This document shows, piece after piece, positions 26,675 through 36,875 of a DNA stretch of 64,000 bases. Origin of the DNA: Anaerolineales bacterium (GTDB lineage: Bacteria > Chloroflexota > Anaerolineae > Anaerolineales > UBA11579). Position numbers and translations under genes: made by a program. The notes below the pieces were generated by a model. That model had not been told where the DNA came from. It saw only the letters and a program-made list of their open reading frames with translations, and did no database searches. Every line of letters starts with the position of its first letter. The first letter of the stretch is position 1. The stretch is taken from contig JAHBVB010000002.1 of NCBI GenBank assembly GCA_019637805.1, positions 263,981 to 327,980 on the forward strand, read 5' to 3'.

Positions 26675-27882
26675 TGGGGATTGACCAGAGCCGGGTCGAC
26701 GTTGTAGGTCAGCATCGTTGGCTGCTGGAAGACGCGCAGCCCAAATTCGGGAGCGATGGCCAGCAAATGGTCGAAGATGCTGGCCTGGATATTCTCGTAT
26801 TGCTCCCAGGCCGTGGTACTGCTGAAGGCGTAGATCTCCAGCGGCAGACCGGTGGGGCCGGGGTCCAGCTGGCGCACCAGCATGGTCATGTCCTTGCGCA
26901 GGTCCGGGCGGCTCCTCAGGTAGGCGACCACATAGGCGGTGAAAGCCCCCACGTTGGTCAGGCGCGGCTTAAGCTGCATTTGGCTCACCGGCTCTTCGCC
27001 CTGGGGCTCCCACTCGCGGTTCTCGATGAAAGATTTCATCAGTGGATTGCTCTTCAGCATCTCCATTTCGTCCGGGCGAACGAAATGAATGGTCTGGATG
27101 TCGACAAAGATCGAGCGTTTGATGCGGCGCCCGCCAGCCTGGTTCATGCCGCGCCAGTTTTTGAAAGCCACGTCCATCAATTTGTGCGTCGGAATCACGC
27201 TGAAGGTCATGTCAAAGTTTTGGATCTTGATCGAGTGCAGCGACATGTTGGTCACGTCGCCGTCGGCGCCGAAACTGGGTACCTCGATCCAGTCGCCTTC
27301 TTTCACCAGGTCATTGGCGGCGATCTGCACACTGGCCACCAGGGCCAGGATGGTGTCTTGGAAGATGAGCAGCAGCACGGCCGTCAGCGCGCCCAGCCCG
27401 CTGAGCAGCAAGACGGGCGACTGCTCGGTGAACAGCGATACGCTCAGGATGATGCCGACCGCTACGAAGAGAATCTTGATCATATCCAGGTAGCCCTGGA
27501 TGGCCACGCCGGTGTAGTTGGCCCGGCTTTCGTAGATGATGTTAACGGCGGTCAGCAGTGAGGTGATCGTGGCGATGCCCAACCAAAGCGCCAGGAACAG
27601 GACGCCCTTTTCCAGTGTGGGCTGAATGTCTGGCCAGAAATAGGCGAAGTAGTACACCACCACCAGCGGGGCCATCAGGGACAGGCGATAGGGATGCAGG
27701 TGCTTGACCAGCACGTCGTCCCACTGATTGTGAGTGCGCTTGGTCAGGCCGATCAGGCCGCGGGCGATAAAGAAGCGCGCGATCACGAAAGCGAGCACCG
27801 CAGCCACGGTCACCGCGAGGGCGGCCTGGCTGGGGTTGGCCTGCAAGGTCTCCAAAAGGGATTGAAAGGCTTCGAATGTCAT
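26659..27882 (-). CDS. mechanosensitive ion channel family protein (MscS-like)
   Basis: N-terminal TM helices followed by the MscS beta-domain pattern 'GDWIEVPSFGADGDVTNMSLHSIKIQNFD'. Confidence 0.85.
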   Translation of the reverse strand: MTFEAFQSLLETLQANPSQAALAVTVAAVLAFVIARFFIARGLIGLTKRTHNQWDDVLVKHLHPYRLSLMAPLVVVYYFAYFWPDIQPTLEKGVLFLALWLGIATITSLLTAVNIIYESRANYTGVAIQGYLDMIKILFVAVGIILSVSLFTEQSPVLLLSGLGALTAVLLLIFQDTILALVASVQIAANDLVKEGDWIEVPSFGADGDVTNMSLHSIKIQNFDMTFSVIPTHKLMDVAFKNWRGMNQAGGRRIKRSIFVDIQTIHFVRPDEMEMLKSNPLMKSFIENREWEPQGEEPVSQMQLKPRLTNVGAFTAYVVAYLRSRPDLRKDMTMLVRQLDPGPTGLPLEIYAFSSTTAWEQYENIQASIFDHLLAIAPEFGLRVFQQPTMLTYNVDPALVNPQSPSD

Positions 27883-28517
27883 TTTGCCTCCGGGGTGATC
27901 TGAGAAGGCGGCCGCCTCATCTCAAAAGTGTCACTGACGCGGTTGTAGCCATATCCGGCCAGGCGGCCCACGGGCTTGAAAGCCGCCATGTCGATCTTGT
28001 ACTCTGGCAGCAGGATCTCGTCCGCCACGTACAGATGCACAATTTCGCCGATCACGATCGAGCCTGAGCCGCGCGCTCCGTTGCCAATGTCCACGATCTG
28101 GGTCAGCCGGCACTCATAGCTCACCGGGCTCTGTGCCACCCGCAGCGGGCGCACTTTGTGCGCCGGCGCGGCGGCCAGCCCGGCGTGCTCAAATTCATTC
28201 ACTTCCGGCGGCAGTTCCGTAGCGGTCAGGTTCATCGCCTCGGCCGTGGCTTCGGTGACGATGTTGACCACGAACTCGCCGGTCGCCCGAATGTTCTTAA
28301 GCGTATCCTTGACCCCGCCATCGGTGCCGCGGATCTCCGGGCAGAACAGCAGGGTGGGCGGGGTGTAGCACACCAGGTTGAAGAACGAAAAAGGCGCCAG
28401 GTTGGGGCGGCCCTCGGCATTGACCGTGGAGACCCAGGCGATCGGCCGCGGCACCACCGTACTGACCATCAGACGGGTGAACATGCTGGCGGCGATCTCG
28501 CCGGGGCTAACTTCCAT
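27879..28517 (-). CDS. flavin reductase family protein
   Basis: 'VVPRPIAWVSTVNAEGRPNLAPFSFFN'. It overlaps the downstream gene by 4 nt. Confidence 0.85.
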   Translation of the reverse strand: MEVSPGEIAASMFTRLMVSTVVPRPIAWVSTVNAEGRPNLAPFSFFNLVCYTPPTLLFCPEIRGTDGGVKDTLKNIRATGEFVVNIVTEATAEAMNLTATELPPEVNEFEHAGLAAAPAHKVRPLRVAQSPVSYECRLTQIVDIGNGARGSGSIVIGEIVHLYVADEILLPEYKIDMAAFKPVGRLAGYGYNRVSDTFEMRRPPSQITPEAK

Positions 28518-28523
28518 GGACGA

Positions 28524-29177
28524 TTAGTCTCTCTTTAATTCCTGCCAAGTATTCCAGGCCAGCAGGGCCAGGCCCGCCAACATACCTGTAAAACGTAGCA
28601 ATTCGAAGATTGGTTGCGGGAAAGTGTATACCAAAATTCCGATGGGAACAAAAGCCACCAACAGTGTCCAGCGCAGCACTTTTTCCGTCAGGGTCTTATC
28701 CGGCAGCAGGAAGGCAAACAGGAACAGGCCCAGGTAGCTGCTGTGGAACTTGAGCTGGCTCCACACCATGCGGCTGTGCAGCATCTGCGGCTCGATCGCC
28801 CAGCCCAGCTGGCTCATGTCCAGGAAAGTGATCAGTTCGTGGTTCTCCTGCAAGTCCAGGTAGGCGGTCACCAGCAGCGCGCCCAAGGCCACGGCAATCA
28901 AGATCTGACCGCGCTCTTTGGACCACAAGCGGATCGCCAGAAAGATGAAGGCGGCCGTGTAGAAGGTCAGGAACAGATTGTCCAAGGTCAGGAAGACGCG
29001 CAGCGGCAGGTCAGTGGCCAGCAGGGCGGCTTGGTACTCGGTTGGGTCGGCCACCAGCGTGAAGTTGAAGGCATTCAATTGCGGCCAGACCAGCGAGGCG
29101 GCGAACATGCCGCCAATCATCAGGGCCGCGGCCAGGGCGCTGGCGAACAGGTAACGTTTGACCTGGGTTTTCTTCAT
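28524..29177 (-). CDS. hypothetical polytopic membrane protein
   Basis: The start 'MKKTQVKRY' (CAT at 29175-29177) was chosen so it does not overlap the hmgA stop. No family recognised. Confidence 0.5.
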   Translation of the reverse strand: MKKTQVKRYLFASALAAALMIGGMFAASLVWPQLNAFNFTLVADPTEYQAALLATDLPLRVFLTLDNLFLTFYTAAFIFLAIRLWSKERGQILIAVALGALLVTAYLDLQENHELITFLDMSQLGWAIEPQMLHSRMVWSQLKFHSSYLGLFLFAFLLPDKTLTEKVLRWTLLVAFVPIGILVYTFPQPIFELLRFTGMLAGLALLAWNTWQELKRD

Positions 29178-29181
29178 TAAA

Positions 29182-30369
29182 TTAACCGGCGGTGAAGAAG
29201 GCGCTTTCGCCATCGTCGGCCATCCAGCTGGCCTGGTATTCCGGTTTTTCCATTTCAAGCGCCTGAGTGGTCAGGTGCATGGGGTTGAAGGTGTCCACCA
29301 TCACCGCCAGCTCGTCGGTGCTCTTCTTGCCAATCGAGGCTTCGGTGGCGCCGGGCTGGGGGCCGTGCGGCAGGCCGAAGGGGTGCAGGGTGATGTCGCA
29401 GCGGTCGATGCCTTTGCGCGACATGAAGTTGCCCTCGGCGTAGTAGATCATCTCGTCCGACTGCACGTTGGAGTGGTTGTAGGGCGCTGGGATGGCATCC
29501 GGGTGGTAGTCGTACAGACGCGGCACGAAGGAGCACAGCACGAAGCCGCGTCCCTGAAAGGTTTGGTGCTCTGGCGGCGGCAGGTGTAGCGCGCCGGTGC
29601 GCGGCTCAAAATCGTGGATGCTGAAGATCCAGGGATACAAATAGCCATCCCAGCCCACCACATCGTGCGGGTGATGGTCGAGGATGTGGCGGCTGATCGT
29701 GTCGCGCACTTTTACGCGCACCTCGAAGTCGCCCTGGTCGGTGTGGGTGTCCAGCTGTTGCGGGACTTTGAAGTCGCGCTCGCTGAAGGGCGCATGTTCG
29801 CCCAGCTGGCCGTACTCGTTGCGATAGCGTCTGGGCGCCTGGATGTGCGAAGGGGTCTCGACGACCAGGAAGCGTGCTTCGCTCCCGGAGATCTCCATCT
29901 TCCAGGTGGTGCCGAACGGGATCACGACATAGTCGCCCGGTTGGAACTCCAGCACGCCGAACTGGGTACGTAGCACGCCGCTGCCCTCGTGGACATACCA
30001 GCATTCGTAGGCCTGCGCATTGCGATAGAAGTAGTCCATGCTCTGCGTCGGGCGGCTGAGGCCGATGGTCACGTCGTTGTTGCCCATCAGCACGCGCCGG
30101 GCGGCCACCGGATCGCCGCCCGCTGGCATATCGGCCGACTTGAAGGCGCGGTGGCGGATGGCGCCGAAGTCTACGTATTCCGGCTTGGCCGGGCCAAGCA
30201 GTTCGGCCGCTTTGACCCGCGGCGGCAGGAAGTGATGATAGAGCAGCGACTGGATGCCGGAAAAGCCCTCCAGCCCCATCACCTCTTCGCGGTACAGGCC
30301 GCCGTTGGGCTTGCGGAACTGGGTGTGGCGTTTCTTGGGGATGTCTCCGAGGGAGTGGTAGAAAGGCAT
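29182..30369 (-). CDS. hmgA: homogentisate 1,2-dioxygenase (short bacterial type)
   Basis: 'MPFYHSLGDIPKKRHTQFRKPNGGLYREEVMGLEGFSG', in an operon with hppD and a FAH-family gene. AGGAG lies upstream. Confidence 0.8.
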   Translation of the reverse strand: MPFYHSLGDIPKKRHTQFRKPNGGLYREEVMGLEGFSGIQSLLYHHFLPPRVKAAELLGPAKPEYVDFGAIRHRAFKSADMPAGGDPVAARRVLMGNNDVTIGLSRPTQSMDYFYRNAQAYECWYVHEGSGVLRTQFGVLEFQPGDYVVIPFGTTWKMEISGSEARFLVVETPSHIQAPRRYRNEYGQLGEHAPFSERDFKVPQQLDTHTDQGDFEVRVKVRDTISRHILDHHPHDVVGWDGYLYPWIFSIHDFEPRTGALHLPPPEHQTFQGRGFVLCSFVPRLYDYHPDAIPAPYNHSNVQSDEMIYYAEGNFMSRKGIDRCDITLHPFGLPHGPQPGATEASIGKKSTDELAVMVDTFNPMHLTTQALEMEKPEYQASWMADDGESAFFTAG

Positions 30370-30382
30370 GGGAACTCCTTTA

Positions 30383-30410
30383 TTAGCTGTCAGCTATCAG
30401 CCTTCAGCTT
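30383..30410. repeat. heptamer tandem array (TCAGCNN x4)
   Basis: ttagctg tcagcta tcagcct tcagctt. It is inverted relative to the array at 30761-30795. Confidence 0.8.
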
Positions 30411-30747
30411 TTTCATGAACGAGCTCAACATCTTTTTAACTTCAACGACTTGCTGATTGAGGCTTGTATGAACTTCTGAATTGATGAATTTTAGCTCAAA
30501 TGCCAGAAGGAGTTGGTATTCGAGTTCGCTGGCAGAACCAAAGGCAATTTGCAGCATCCTGCGCATATCGGCATCGCTGCCACGTCCCGCGCCTTCTGCG
30601 ATGTTTGAGGGATAGAAATTGCCGATCTTCTGGTCTGACTGGACAATCCGTACAGCTCAGAGCTTGGAAACGAACTGGTAGCTTGTACACTTCGAGCGCT
30701 AGCCGGTGCGATTTCTCCCAGACCTGCAATTTTCGGAAATCCTTCAT
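30390..30747 (-). pseudogene. four-helix-bundle protein (23S rRNA intervening-sequence protein family, PF05635-like) disrupted by two 1-nt frameshifts
   Basis: Three frames splice into a full family match: 'MKDFRKLQVWEKSHRLALEVYKL' / 'TSSFPSSELYGLSSQTRRSAISIP' / 'SNIAEGAGRGSDADMRRMLQIAFGSASELEYQLLLAFELKFI...KADS*'. The frameshifts lie near 30679-30681 and 30608-30611. Confidence 0.8.
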
Positions 30748-30760
30748 AGGCCCTTTGGTT

Positions 30761-30795
30761 GTAGCTGATTGCTGACCGCTGAAAGCTGAACGCTT
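30761..30795. repeat. heptamer tandem array (NNNGCTG x5)
   Basis: gtagctg attgctg accgctg aaagctg aacgctt. It abuts the FAH-family gene stop. Confidence 0.8.
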
Positions 30796-31703
30796 TACGC
30801 CACCTTGTTTTTTAGCACTCCAATGCCTTCAACTTCCAATTCTACGCTATCCCCAGCCTTCAGCCACGGCCCCTGGCCTTTGGTCAGCTCCAGCAGGCAG
30901 CCGGTGCCCACCGTCCCGGAGCCGATCACATCGCCGGGCAGCAGCTCCACGCCCTGCGAAGCGCGGGCGATGATCTCGCCGAACGAATAGTGGATGTCGC
31001 CCCAGTTGCCGCGTGAACGCTCTTCGCCGTTCAACCGCGCCGTCATGCCCAGCGTATACACGCCCGGGCGGCCGCTGGCAGCCTTGGCCAGTTCGTCCGG
31101 CGTCACGATCCAGGGTCCCAGGCTGGTGGCGAAGTCTTTGCCTTTGGCCGGGCCCAGGCCCACCTTCATCTCCTGACGCTGAATGTCACGCGCCGACCAG
31201 TCATTCATGATCGTGAAGCCAAATACGTGCTGCATGGCCTTCTCGGCGGGGATGTCCTTGCCGCGTTGCCCGATCACCACGGCCACTTCCAACTCGTAGT
31301 CCAGCGCCTGTGTGTAAGCCGGCATCTGCACGTCCTGGTCGGGGCCGTGGATGGTGTGCGGGTTGGTGAAATAGAAAGCCGGGAATTCGTACCACTCAGC
31401 GGGCACTTCCCGCCCGCGGTTCTGGCTGGCGGTGCGCACGTGGCCTTCAAAGGCGTAGAAGTCGCGCAGGGTGGGGGGGTGCTGCAGTGGAGTGTGCAGC
31501 TGCACGTCGCTGAGCGCCCACACCGAGTGTGTCTGGCGCGAGACCAGCTCCGCCAGCGCCCACATCTGCGGCCCGGCCTGGATGAACGAGAGCATGTCCA
31601 GCGGCAGGTCGCCGCGGGCCAGCGAGACCACCCGGTCCTCGGCCAATACTGCCCCCAAGCGCGGGCGTTCTTCTCCCGGCGGAGTGAATACCAGATAGCG
31701 CAT
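30795..31703 (-). CDS. fumarylacetoacetate hydrolase (FAH) family protein, short form
   Basis: 'FGFTIMNDWSARDIQ' and a FAH C-terminal fold pattern. At 302 aa it is shorter than canonical fumarylacetoacetase, so the exact substrate is inferred from the operon context only. Confidence 0.75.
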   Translation of the reverse strand: MRYLVFTPPGEERPRLGAVLAEDRVVSLARGDLPLDMLSFIQAGPQMWALAELVSRQTHSVWALSDVQLHTPLQHPPTLRDFYAFEGHVRTASQNRGREVPAEWYEFPAFYFTNPHTIHGPDQDVQMPAYTQALDYELEVAVVIGQRGKDIPAEKAMQHVFGFTIMNDWSARDIQRQEMKVGLGPAKGKDFATSLGPWIVTPDELAKAASGRPGVYTLGMTARLNGEERSRGNWGDIHYSFGEIIARASQGVELLPGDVIGSGTVGTGCLLELTKGQGPWLKAGDSVELEVEGIGVLKNKVA

Positions 31704-31708
31704 CGAGG

Positions 31709-32845
31709 CTAGTTGTCCAGGTTGCCGCGGCGGCCTTGTTCCAGCTCCAGGGCTTCGAACAATGCCTTGAAGTTACCCTTGCCGAAGCCGCGGCTGCCGT
31801 GGCGCTGAATGACCTCTACAAAGGAAGTGGGGCGGTCTTGCACGGGGCGCGAGAAGACCTGCAGCAGGTAGCCCTCGTCGTCGCGGTCCACCAGAATGCC
31901 CAGCTCATTGATCTTGTCCAGCGGCTCTTTGACGATGTCGCCGACGCGCTCCGGCAGCAGGTCGTAATACGCGTCCGGCACGCGCAGGAACTCGATGCCG
32001 TTGGCCTTCAGCTGCGTCATGGTCTCGATGATGTCGCCGGTGGCGATGGCGATGTGCTGCACACCCGGGGTCAGGTAATAGTCCAGATATTCTTCGATCT
32101 GACTCTTCTTCTTGCCCTCGGCCGGTTCATTAATAGGGAACTTGATGCGCCCGTTGCCATTTTCCATCACTTTGGACATTAGGGCGGAGTATTCCGTGCT
32201 GATGTCCTGGTCATCGAAGTGCTGCAGCTGGCGGAAGCCCATCACGCGGTGATAGAAGTTGACCCAATAGTCCATCTTGCCCAGCTGCACATTGCCCACG
32301 ATGTGGTCGATCGCCGCCAGGCCGGTGGACTGCGCTTCGTAACCCTCCAACGGCTTGTAGCCGGGCGCGAAAGGCCCTTTATAGCCGCTGCGGTCCACGA
32401 AGACGTGCAGCACTTCGCCATAGGTGTGGATGGCGGAGGTGCGGTAGACGCCGAACTCATCTTTCTCTTCACGCGGGGCCCAGGCGCTCTGCCCGCCGCG
32501 GCTGGTGGTCGCCTTCCAGGCTTCTTCCACATCTTTGACCTGAATGGCGATGGTTTTGACCCCATCGCCATGCGTCATGTGATGGCCGGCGATCTCATGT
32601 GAAGGCCCATAAGGGGCCGAAACCACGAAGCGGATCTTGCCGGATTCGAGCACATACGAAGCGGACTGGCGGTTGCCGGTCTCCAGGCCGGAATAGGCCA
32701 CGGGTTTGAAGCCAAAGCCTTTCCACCACCAATACATCGCCTGTTTGGCGTTGCCGACATAGAAGTGCAAGTGGTCGATGGCTTGAATTTGTAGATGGTC
32801 GCCCTCTTCAGTCATCGGGCGGGTTTTGGTCTGAGCTTGTGCCAT
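31709..32845 (-). CDS. hppD: 4-hydroxyphenylpyruvate dioxygenase
   Basis: Two VOC modules, 'GVQHIAIATGDI', and the C-terminal 'GFGKGNFKALFEALELEQGRRGNL'. Confidence 0.9.
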   Translation of the reverse strand: MAQAQTKTRPMTEEGDHLQIQAIDHLHFYVGNAKQAMYWWWKGFGFKPVAYSGLETGNRQSASYVLESGKIRFVVSAPYGPSHEIAGHHMTHGDGVKTIAIQVKDVEEAWKATTSRGGQSAWAPREEKDEFGVYRTSAIHTYGEVLHVFVDRSGYKGPFAPGYKPLEGYEAQSTGLAAIDHIVGNVQLGKMDYWVNFYHRVMGFRQLQHFDDQDISTEYSALMSKVMENGNGRIKFPINEPAEGKKKSQIEEYLDYYLTPGVQHIAIATGDIIETMTQLKANGIEFLRVPDAYYDLLPERVGDIVKEPLDKINELGILVDRDDEGYLLQVFSRPVQDRPTSFVEVIQRHGSRGFGKGNFKALFEALELEQGRRGNLDN

Positions 32846-33059
32846 ATGGGGCCTCCAGGGATGGGTTGGGGACTGTCCCCATTATAGTCCTGTGGGGCTG
32901 CTGTACAGCAAATAGTTCACAGCCGGCAGTTTATAGGTATTTCACCACAACGTCACTTCTAGCAATGACGGACGGCGCAGCTAGCGGCTAATCGCGAACA
33001 GCCAACCGCTCTCGCCCGCATGCTAAAATCATGGACTGTCTCGTTTTCCTGGGTCAGGA

Positions 33060-34463
33060 ATGCCATTGACGACCCGCATCCGTTCCGACCGCCTGCTTCT
33101 CTGCGCCCTGGCGCTGTGGCTGGCCGCCTGCACGCCGCCGGCCGCCTCAACGGGGCCGGTCTCCAGCGGCTATTTGGTGGAACCGGTCTTCGCCGAATTC
33201 CATGACTTCCTCGGCGGCCCGGCCCGCCTCGGCCAGCCGCTCACCCCGGTGATCGTCGAAGGCATCGTCCAGAAGCAATATTTCGAAAACGCCCTGATGA
33301 CCTACAACCCCGAGCTGCCGCCCAGCGAGCAGTATGCCCTGGCCCCGCTGGGTGAGCAGTTGGGCGTGTGGGATGCGCCGGTGGCCAATGCTGACCTGCA
33401 GGGCGCCGTGGTGGTGGATGGCTACATTATTTATGAAGGCTTTGTGCCGCTCTACCAACAGTTGGGCAGTCGCTACGTCGGCCGCCCGCTGACCGGCGTG
33501 CGCTATTCAGCCGAGCACAACCGCGCCGAGCAATACTTCCAGAACCTGGGCTTCTACATCAGCTTGGACCAGCCCGGCGAGGTGCGCCTGATGGCCTATG
33601 GCCGCCAGGCCTGCGGCGAGGCTTGCAGCCAGCCGCAGCCCGCCGCGGCGGCCATCATCCAGATCGACCTGCCCTATGGCGAGCCCTTCACCAGCACCGC
33701 TGCCCGCCTGGGCGACGCCTTCACTGGCGTCCGATTGGCCGGCCCCTACAAGAACGCTGACGGCAGCCTGGAGGTGATTTACCAGAACCTGGTCTTGTAC
33801 GCCCAGCCTGATTCACAGGTCGCCACGCCGCGGCCGCTGCCTGGTCTGCTGGGCATCACCCCCGAGCCGCTGGTCACCCAGCTCAACAGCCCGGTGATCA
33901 TGTTCTACAGCATCGACGGCCAGTACGGCTACAACATTCCGCTCTTCTTCACGGACTACATCGCCCGTCACGGCGGCTACGAACTGGTCGGGCTGCCGAT
34001 TTCCGAGATCAGAATGCAGCACGACGGCAGCGCTACGCAATGCTTCATCAATGTCTGTCTGCGCTATGTCGAAGGCAGCGTCCTCCCGCTGCCCCTTGGC
34101 GGCGAATACAAGGCGCGGGTCTACGACCAGCCCGCCCCCCAGCAAAGCCCGGGCGAGATCCGCATTCAGGTTTGGGAGCAATATTCGCAGATCAGTTCGC
34201 AGGAAGGGCAAACCATCTTCGCCACCCTCTACGCCGGCAACCAACTGCTGACTGGCCTGCAGCCTTTTCTGGAGGTCAGCCTGCCGACCGGCGGAGTCAG
34301 CATCCACCAGTTCCCGCCCAGCAATGAAAGCGGCCAGACCCAGCTGACTCTGCCGCCCATTGCCGCCGAGAACGGCAAGCTGGTGCCGTACCGGGTGTGC
34401 CTCTCCGCCTTTGGCTCCGCCGAAGTCTGCGTCAATGAATCGTTTATGATTTGGGGGAATTAG
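33060..34463 (+). CDS. hypothetical secreted lipoprotein with three LGFP-like repeats
   Basis: Signal 'LALWLAAC'. The pattern F..(F/Y)..LGG....G.P........Q.F.N recurs three times. No catalytic motif recognised. Confidence 0.55.
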   Translation: MPLTTRIRSDRLLLCALALWLAACTPPAASTGPVSSGYLVEPVFAEFHDFLGGPARLGQPLTPVIVEGIVQKQYFENALMTYNPELPPSEQYALAPLGEQLGVWDAPVANADLQGAVVVDGYIIYEGFVPLYQQLGSRYVGRPLTGVRYSAEHNRAEQYFQNLGFYISLDQPGEVRLMAYGRQACGEACSQPQPAAAAIIQIDLPYGEPFTSTAARLGDAFTGVRLAGPYKNADGSLEVIYQNLVLYAQPDSQVATPRPLPGLLGITPEPLVTQLNSPVIMFYSIDGQYGYNIPLFFTDYIARHGGYELVGLPISEIRMQHDGSATQCFINVCLRYVEGSVLPLPLGGEYKARVYDQPAPQQSPGEIRIQVWEQYSQISSQEGQTIFATLYAGNQLLTGLQPFLEVSLPTGGVSIHQFPPSNESGQTQLTLPPIAAENGKLVPYRVCLSAFGSAEVCVNESFMIWGN

Positions 34464-34473
34464 ACCCGCTCAA

Positions 34474-34514
34474 GAAAAAAAGACCGCTGGCCCTAGGGCC
34501 AGCGGTCTTTTTTT
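34474..34514. terminator. bidirectional intrinsic terminator
   Basis: A7, then a perfect 13-bp stem AGACCGCTGGCCC / GGGCCAGCGGTCT, then T7. Confidence 0.9.
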
Positions 34515-34532
34515 ATCGTTCAGGCGCTCAGG

Positions 34533-35477
34533 TTAGGTCCCCAGGCAGTTGAACGTGCCGCTCACTGGGAAGCTGCGCCCATCCGGTCCGGCGGCCTCAC
34601 CAAAGTACGAGCCGGACAAACCGTCGGGGTTACGCGTCAGGCTCATCCAGGTTGTCACATAGTTGACGCCGCCTACCCGCCAGGAAAGACCGGCGTTGCC
34701 GCTCTCGCCCGGCCCTACGCCGTCCTCCAGTATAAAGAGTGCCTGGTTGCCGCCGCGCTCGCCCACCACGATGCGGAAAGGCTCCGTGCTGCAGTGGGTG
34801 TTGGTCAGGTCCATCGGGTGTTCGCCGCGGATCGCCACAATGCCGGGCACGCAGGTGAACACGCCCCTCACCGGGATGACCACCTGCACGGGTACGCCGC
34901 TGCTGCCGCGGTGGGCCGTACCGTCAAAACGCCCGGAGAAGCCGTCGCCGTTGAGCGTGATCACAAATGTGTCCTGAGTGGATACGACTGCACCGTCTGT
35001 GTTGGCCGCGGAGGTCGCCCACACCAGCGTGCCGTTGCGTGTGGCGCCGGTGCCTGCGTAAATAATCAGTGAGGCATAGGGTGGCTCCGCATTGGCCGTA
35101 TTGGGAATGCTCAGGTAAGTGTCGCCATCCAGCATCTGGCATTCGCCGCCATGCAGTTCCAGCGGCAGGTCGCCGCCGATCACCAGCATGGCGCCTGCCC
35201 CCGCAGGTGGGCTGCCGGTGCCCGGCGGGATGACGGGCGGGTTTGATCCGGGCGGGGGCGGAACCAGCTGGGGCTGCGGCAGCCCGGTTTCCACGTCCAC
35301 CGGCCCCTCAGGCGCCGGATTCTGAGCCCCGCCCGTCTCCCCGCCGCCGGATGCCGGCGTGGGCGTGTTAGTCGGCGCGGCGAGCGAAGCTCCGCTGCCG
35401 CAGGCGGCCAACAATAAGGCCAGAAGCAGGACTGTCCAAACAACTTTGAAACGGTAGGAACCGAGTTTGCTTAGCAT
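34533..35477 (-). CDS. hypothetical secreted lipoprotein
   Basis: Signal 'LLLALLLAAC', a Pro/Gly-rich linker, then a beta-rich domain. No family recognised. Confidence 0.5.
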   Translation of the reverse strand: MLSKLGSYRFKVVWTVLLLALLLAACGSGASLAAPTNTPTPASGGGETGGAQNPAPEGPVDVETGLPQPQLVPPPPGSNPPVIPPGTGSPPAGAGAMLVIGGDLPLELHGGECQMLDGDTYLSIPNTANAEPPYASLIIYAGTGATRNGTLVWATSAANTDGAVVSTQDTFVITLNGDGFSGRFDGTAHRGSSGVPVQVVIPVRGVFTCVPGIVAIRGEHPMDLTNTHCSTEPFRIVVGERGGNQALFILEDGVGPGESGNAGLSWRVGGVNYVTTWMSLTRNPDGLSGSYFGEAAGPDGRSFPVSGTFNCLGT

Positions 35478-35578
35478 AGCTCTCCTTGGGGTGGGCGAAT
35501 TCTACAGGAAAAGCCCTTCCAACCCGCTGATTTATCTTGATAGCTTTTGAAAGCCCGCTTGCGGCTTAATCCACTTGT

Positions 35579-36874
35579 ATGAATTCGCCTACAGCAAAGC
35601 CATCATCCCGCATCTCCGGCTTCTATGATTTGTCCCTTGAAGAGCGCCAGGCGCGCCTGCGCGCCCTGGGGACGCTCAGCGAAGCGGAATTGAATGCGTT
35701 TGCCAGCGGCGGCCTGACCGCCGCCGCCGCTGACCCCATGATCGAGAATGTGGTCGGCACTTTCAACCTGCCGTTGGGCATTGCGCTGAATTTCGTGGTC
35801 AACGGCCGAGAAGTGCTGGTGCCGATGACGGTTGAAGAGCCGTCCGTGGTGGCTGGCGCCTCCTTCATGGCCAAGCTGGCCCGGCTGGCTGGCGGCTTCC
35901 GGACCAGCGCCGACGAGCCGCTGATGATCGGCCAGATGCAATTGTTGAACACGCCCGACTTGGACGCGGCCGCTGCGGCCATCACCGCTGCCGAAGCTGA
36001 GTTGCTCGCCGAGGCGGCCGGCATTGACCCCGTGCTGCAGAAGCTGGGCGGCGGGCCGCGCGGCCTGGAAGTACGCCGCATTGACGATTCGCCCATTGGG
36101 CCGTTCCTGGTCATCCATCTCATCTACGACGTGCGCGACGCCATGGGCGCCAACGCGGTGAACACCGCCTGCGAGCGCCTGGCGCCGCGCATCGAAGCGC
36201 TCACCGGCGGGCGGGTGCACTTGCGCATCCTCAGCAACCTGGCCGACCGCCGCCTGGCCCGCGCCGAATGCACCATCCAGCTGGAGCAACTGGCCTTCGG
36301 CGATTTTTCTGCCGAGCAGGTGCGCGACGGCATCATCGAGGCTTGGGCCTTCGCCGCCGCTGACCCCTACCGGGCTGCTACGCACAATAAGGGCATTATG
36401 AACGGCATCGACGCGGTGGTCATCGCCACCGGCAATGACTGGCGCGCCGTGGAAGCTGGCGCACACGCCTACGCGGCGCGCTCCGGGCGCTACACTTCGC
36501 TGAGCAGCTGGGGCAAGGACGCAGACGGCAACCTGGTGGGTTCGCTGGAGCTGCCCATGGCCGTCGGCATTGTCGGCGGGGCGACCAAGGTGCACCCGGC
36601 GGCCCAGGCCGCGCTCAAGCTGATGGGCGTATCCACGGCGGCAGAGCTGGCCCAGATCATCACCGCCGTCGGCCTGGCGCAGAACCTGGCCGCCCTGCGC
36701 GCCCTGGCCACCGAAGGCATTCAGCGCGGCCACATGAGCCTGCACGCCCGCCAGGTGGCCATCGCCGCCGGGGCGGCCGGTGAGCAGATCGAGCGCCTCG
36801 CCGCGCAGCTGGTCGCCGAAAAGACCGTGCGCGTGGACCGCGCCGAAGAGATTTTGAAGGAATGGGCGCAGTAA
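35579..36874 (+). CDS. mvaA: hydroxymethylglutaryl-CoA reductase, class II
   Basis: '[14 protein letters not shown]', '[11 protein letters not shown]', 'DAMGANAVN' and '[11 protein letters not shown]'. Confidence 0.88.
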   Translation: MNSPTAKPSSRISGFYDLSLEERQARLRALGTLSEAELNAFASGGLTAAAADPMIENVVGTFNLPLGIALNFVVNGREVLVPMTVEEPSVVAGASFMAKLARLAGGFRTSADEPLMIGQMQLLNTPDLDAAAAAITAAEAELLAEAAGIDPVLQKLGGGPRGLEVRRIDDSPIGPFLVIHLIYDVRDAMGANAVNTACERLAPRIEALTGGRVHLRILSNLADRRLARAECTIQLEQLAFGDFSAEQVRDGIIEAWAFAAADPYRAATHNKGIMNGIDAVVIATGNDWRAVEAGAHAYAARSGRYTSLSSWGKDADGNLVGSLELPMAVGIVGGATKVHPAAQAALKLMGVSTAAELAQIITAVGLAQNLAALRALATEGIQRGHMSLHARQVAIAAGAAGEQIERLAAQLVAEKTVRVDRAEEILKEWAQ

Positions 36875-36875
36875 G

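Noticed and set aside
30496-30747. Treating the 83-aa track ORF as an intact small gene.
   Set aside because: Only its first 23 residues match the four-helix-bundle family. The rest of the family sequence is found in the other two frames, so it is a frameshifted pseudogene or contains sequencing errors.
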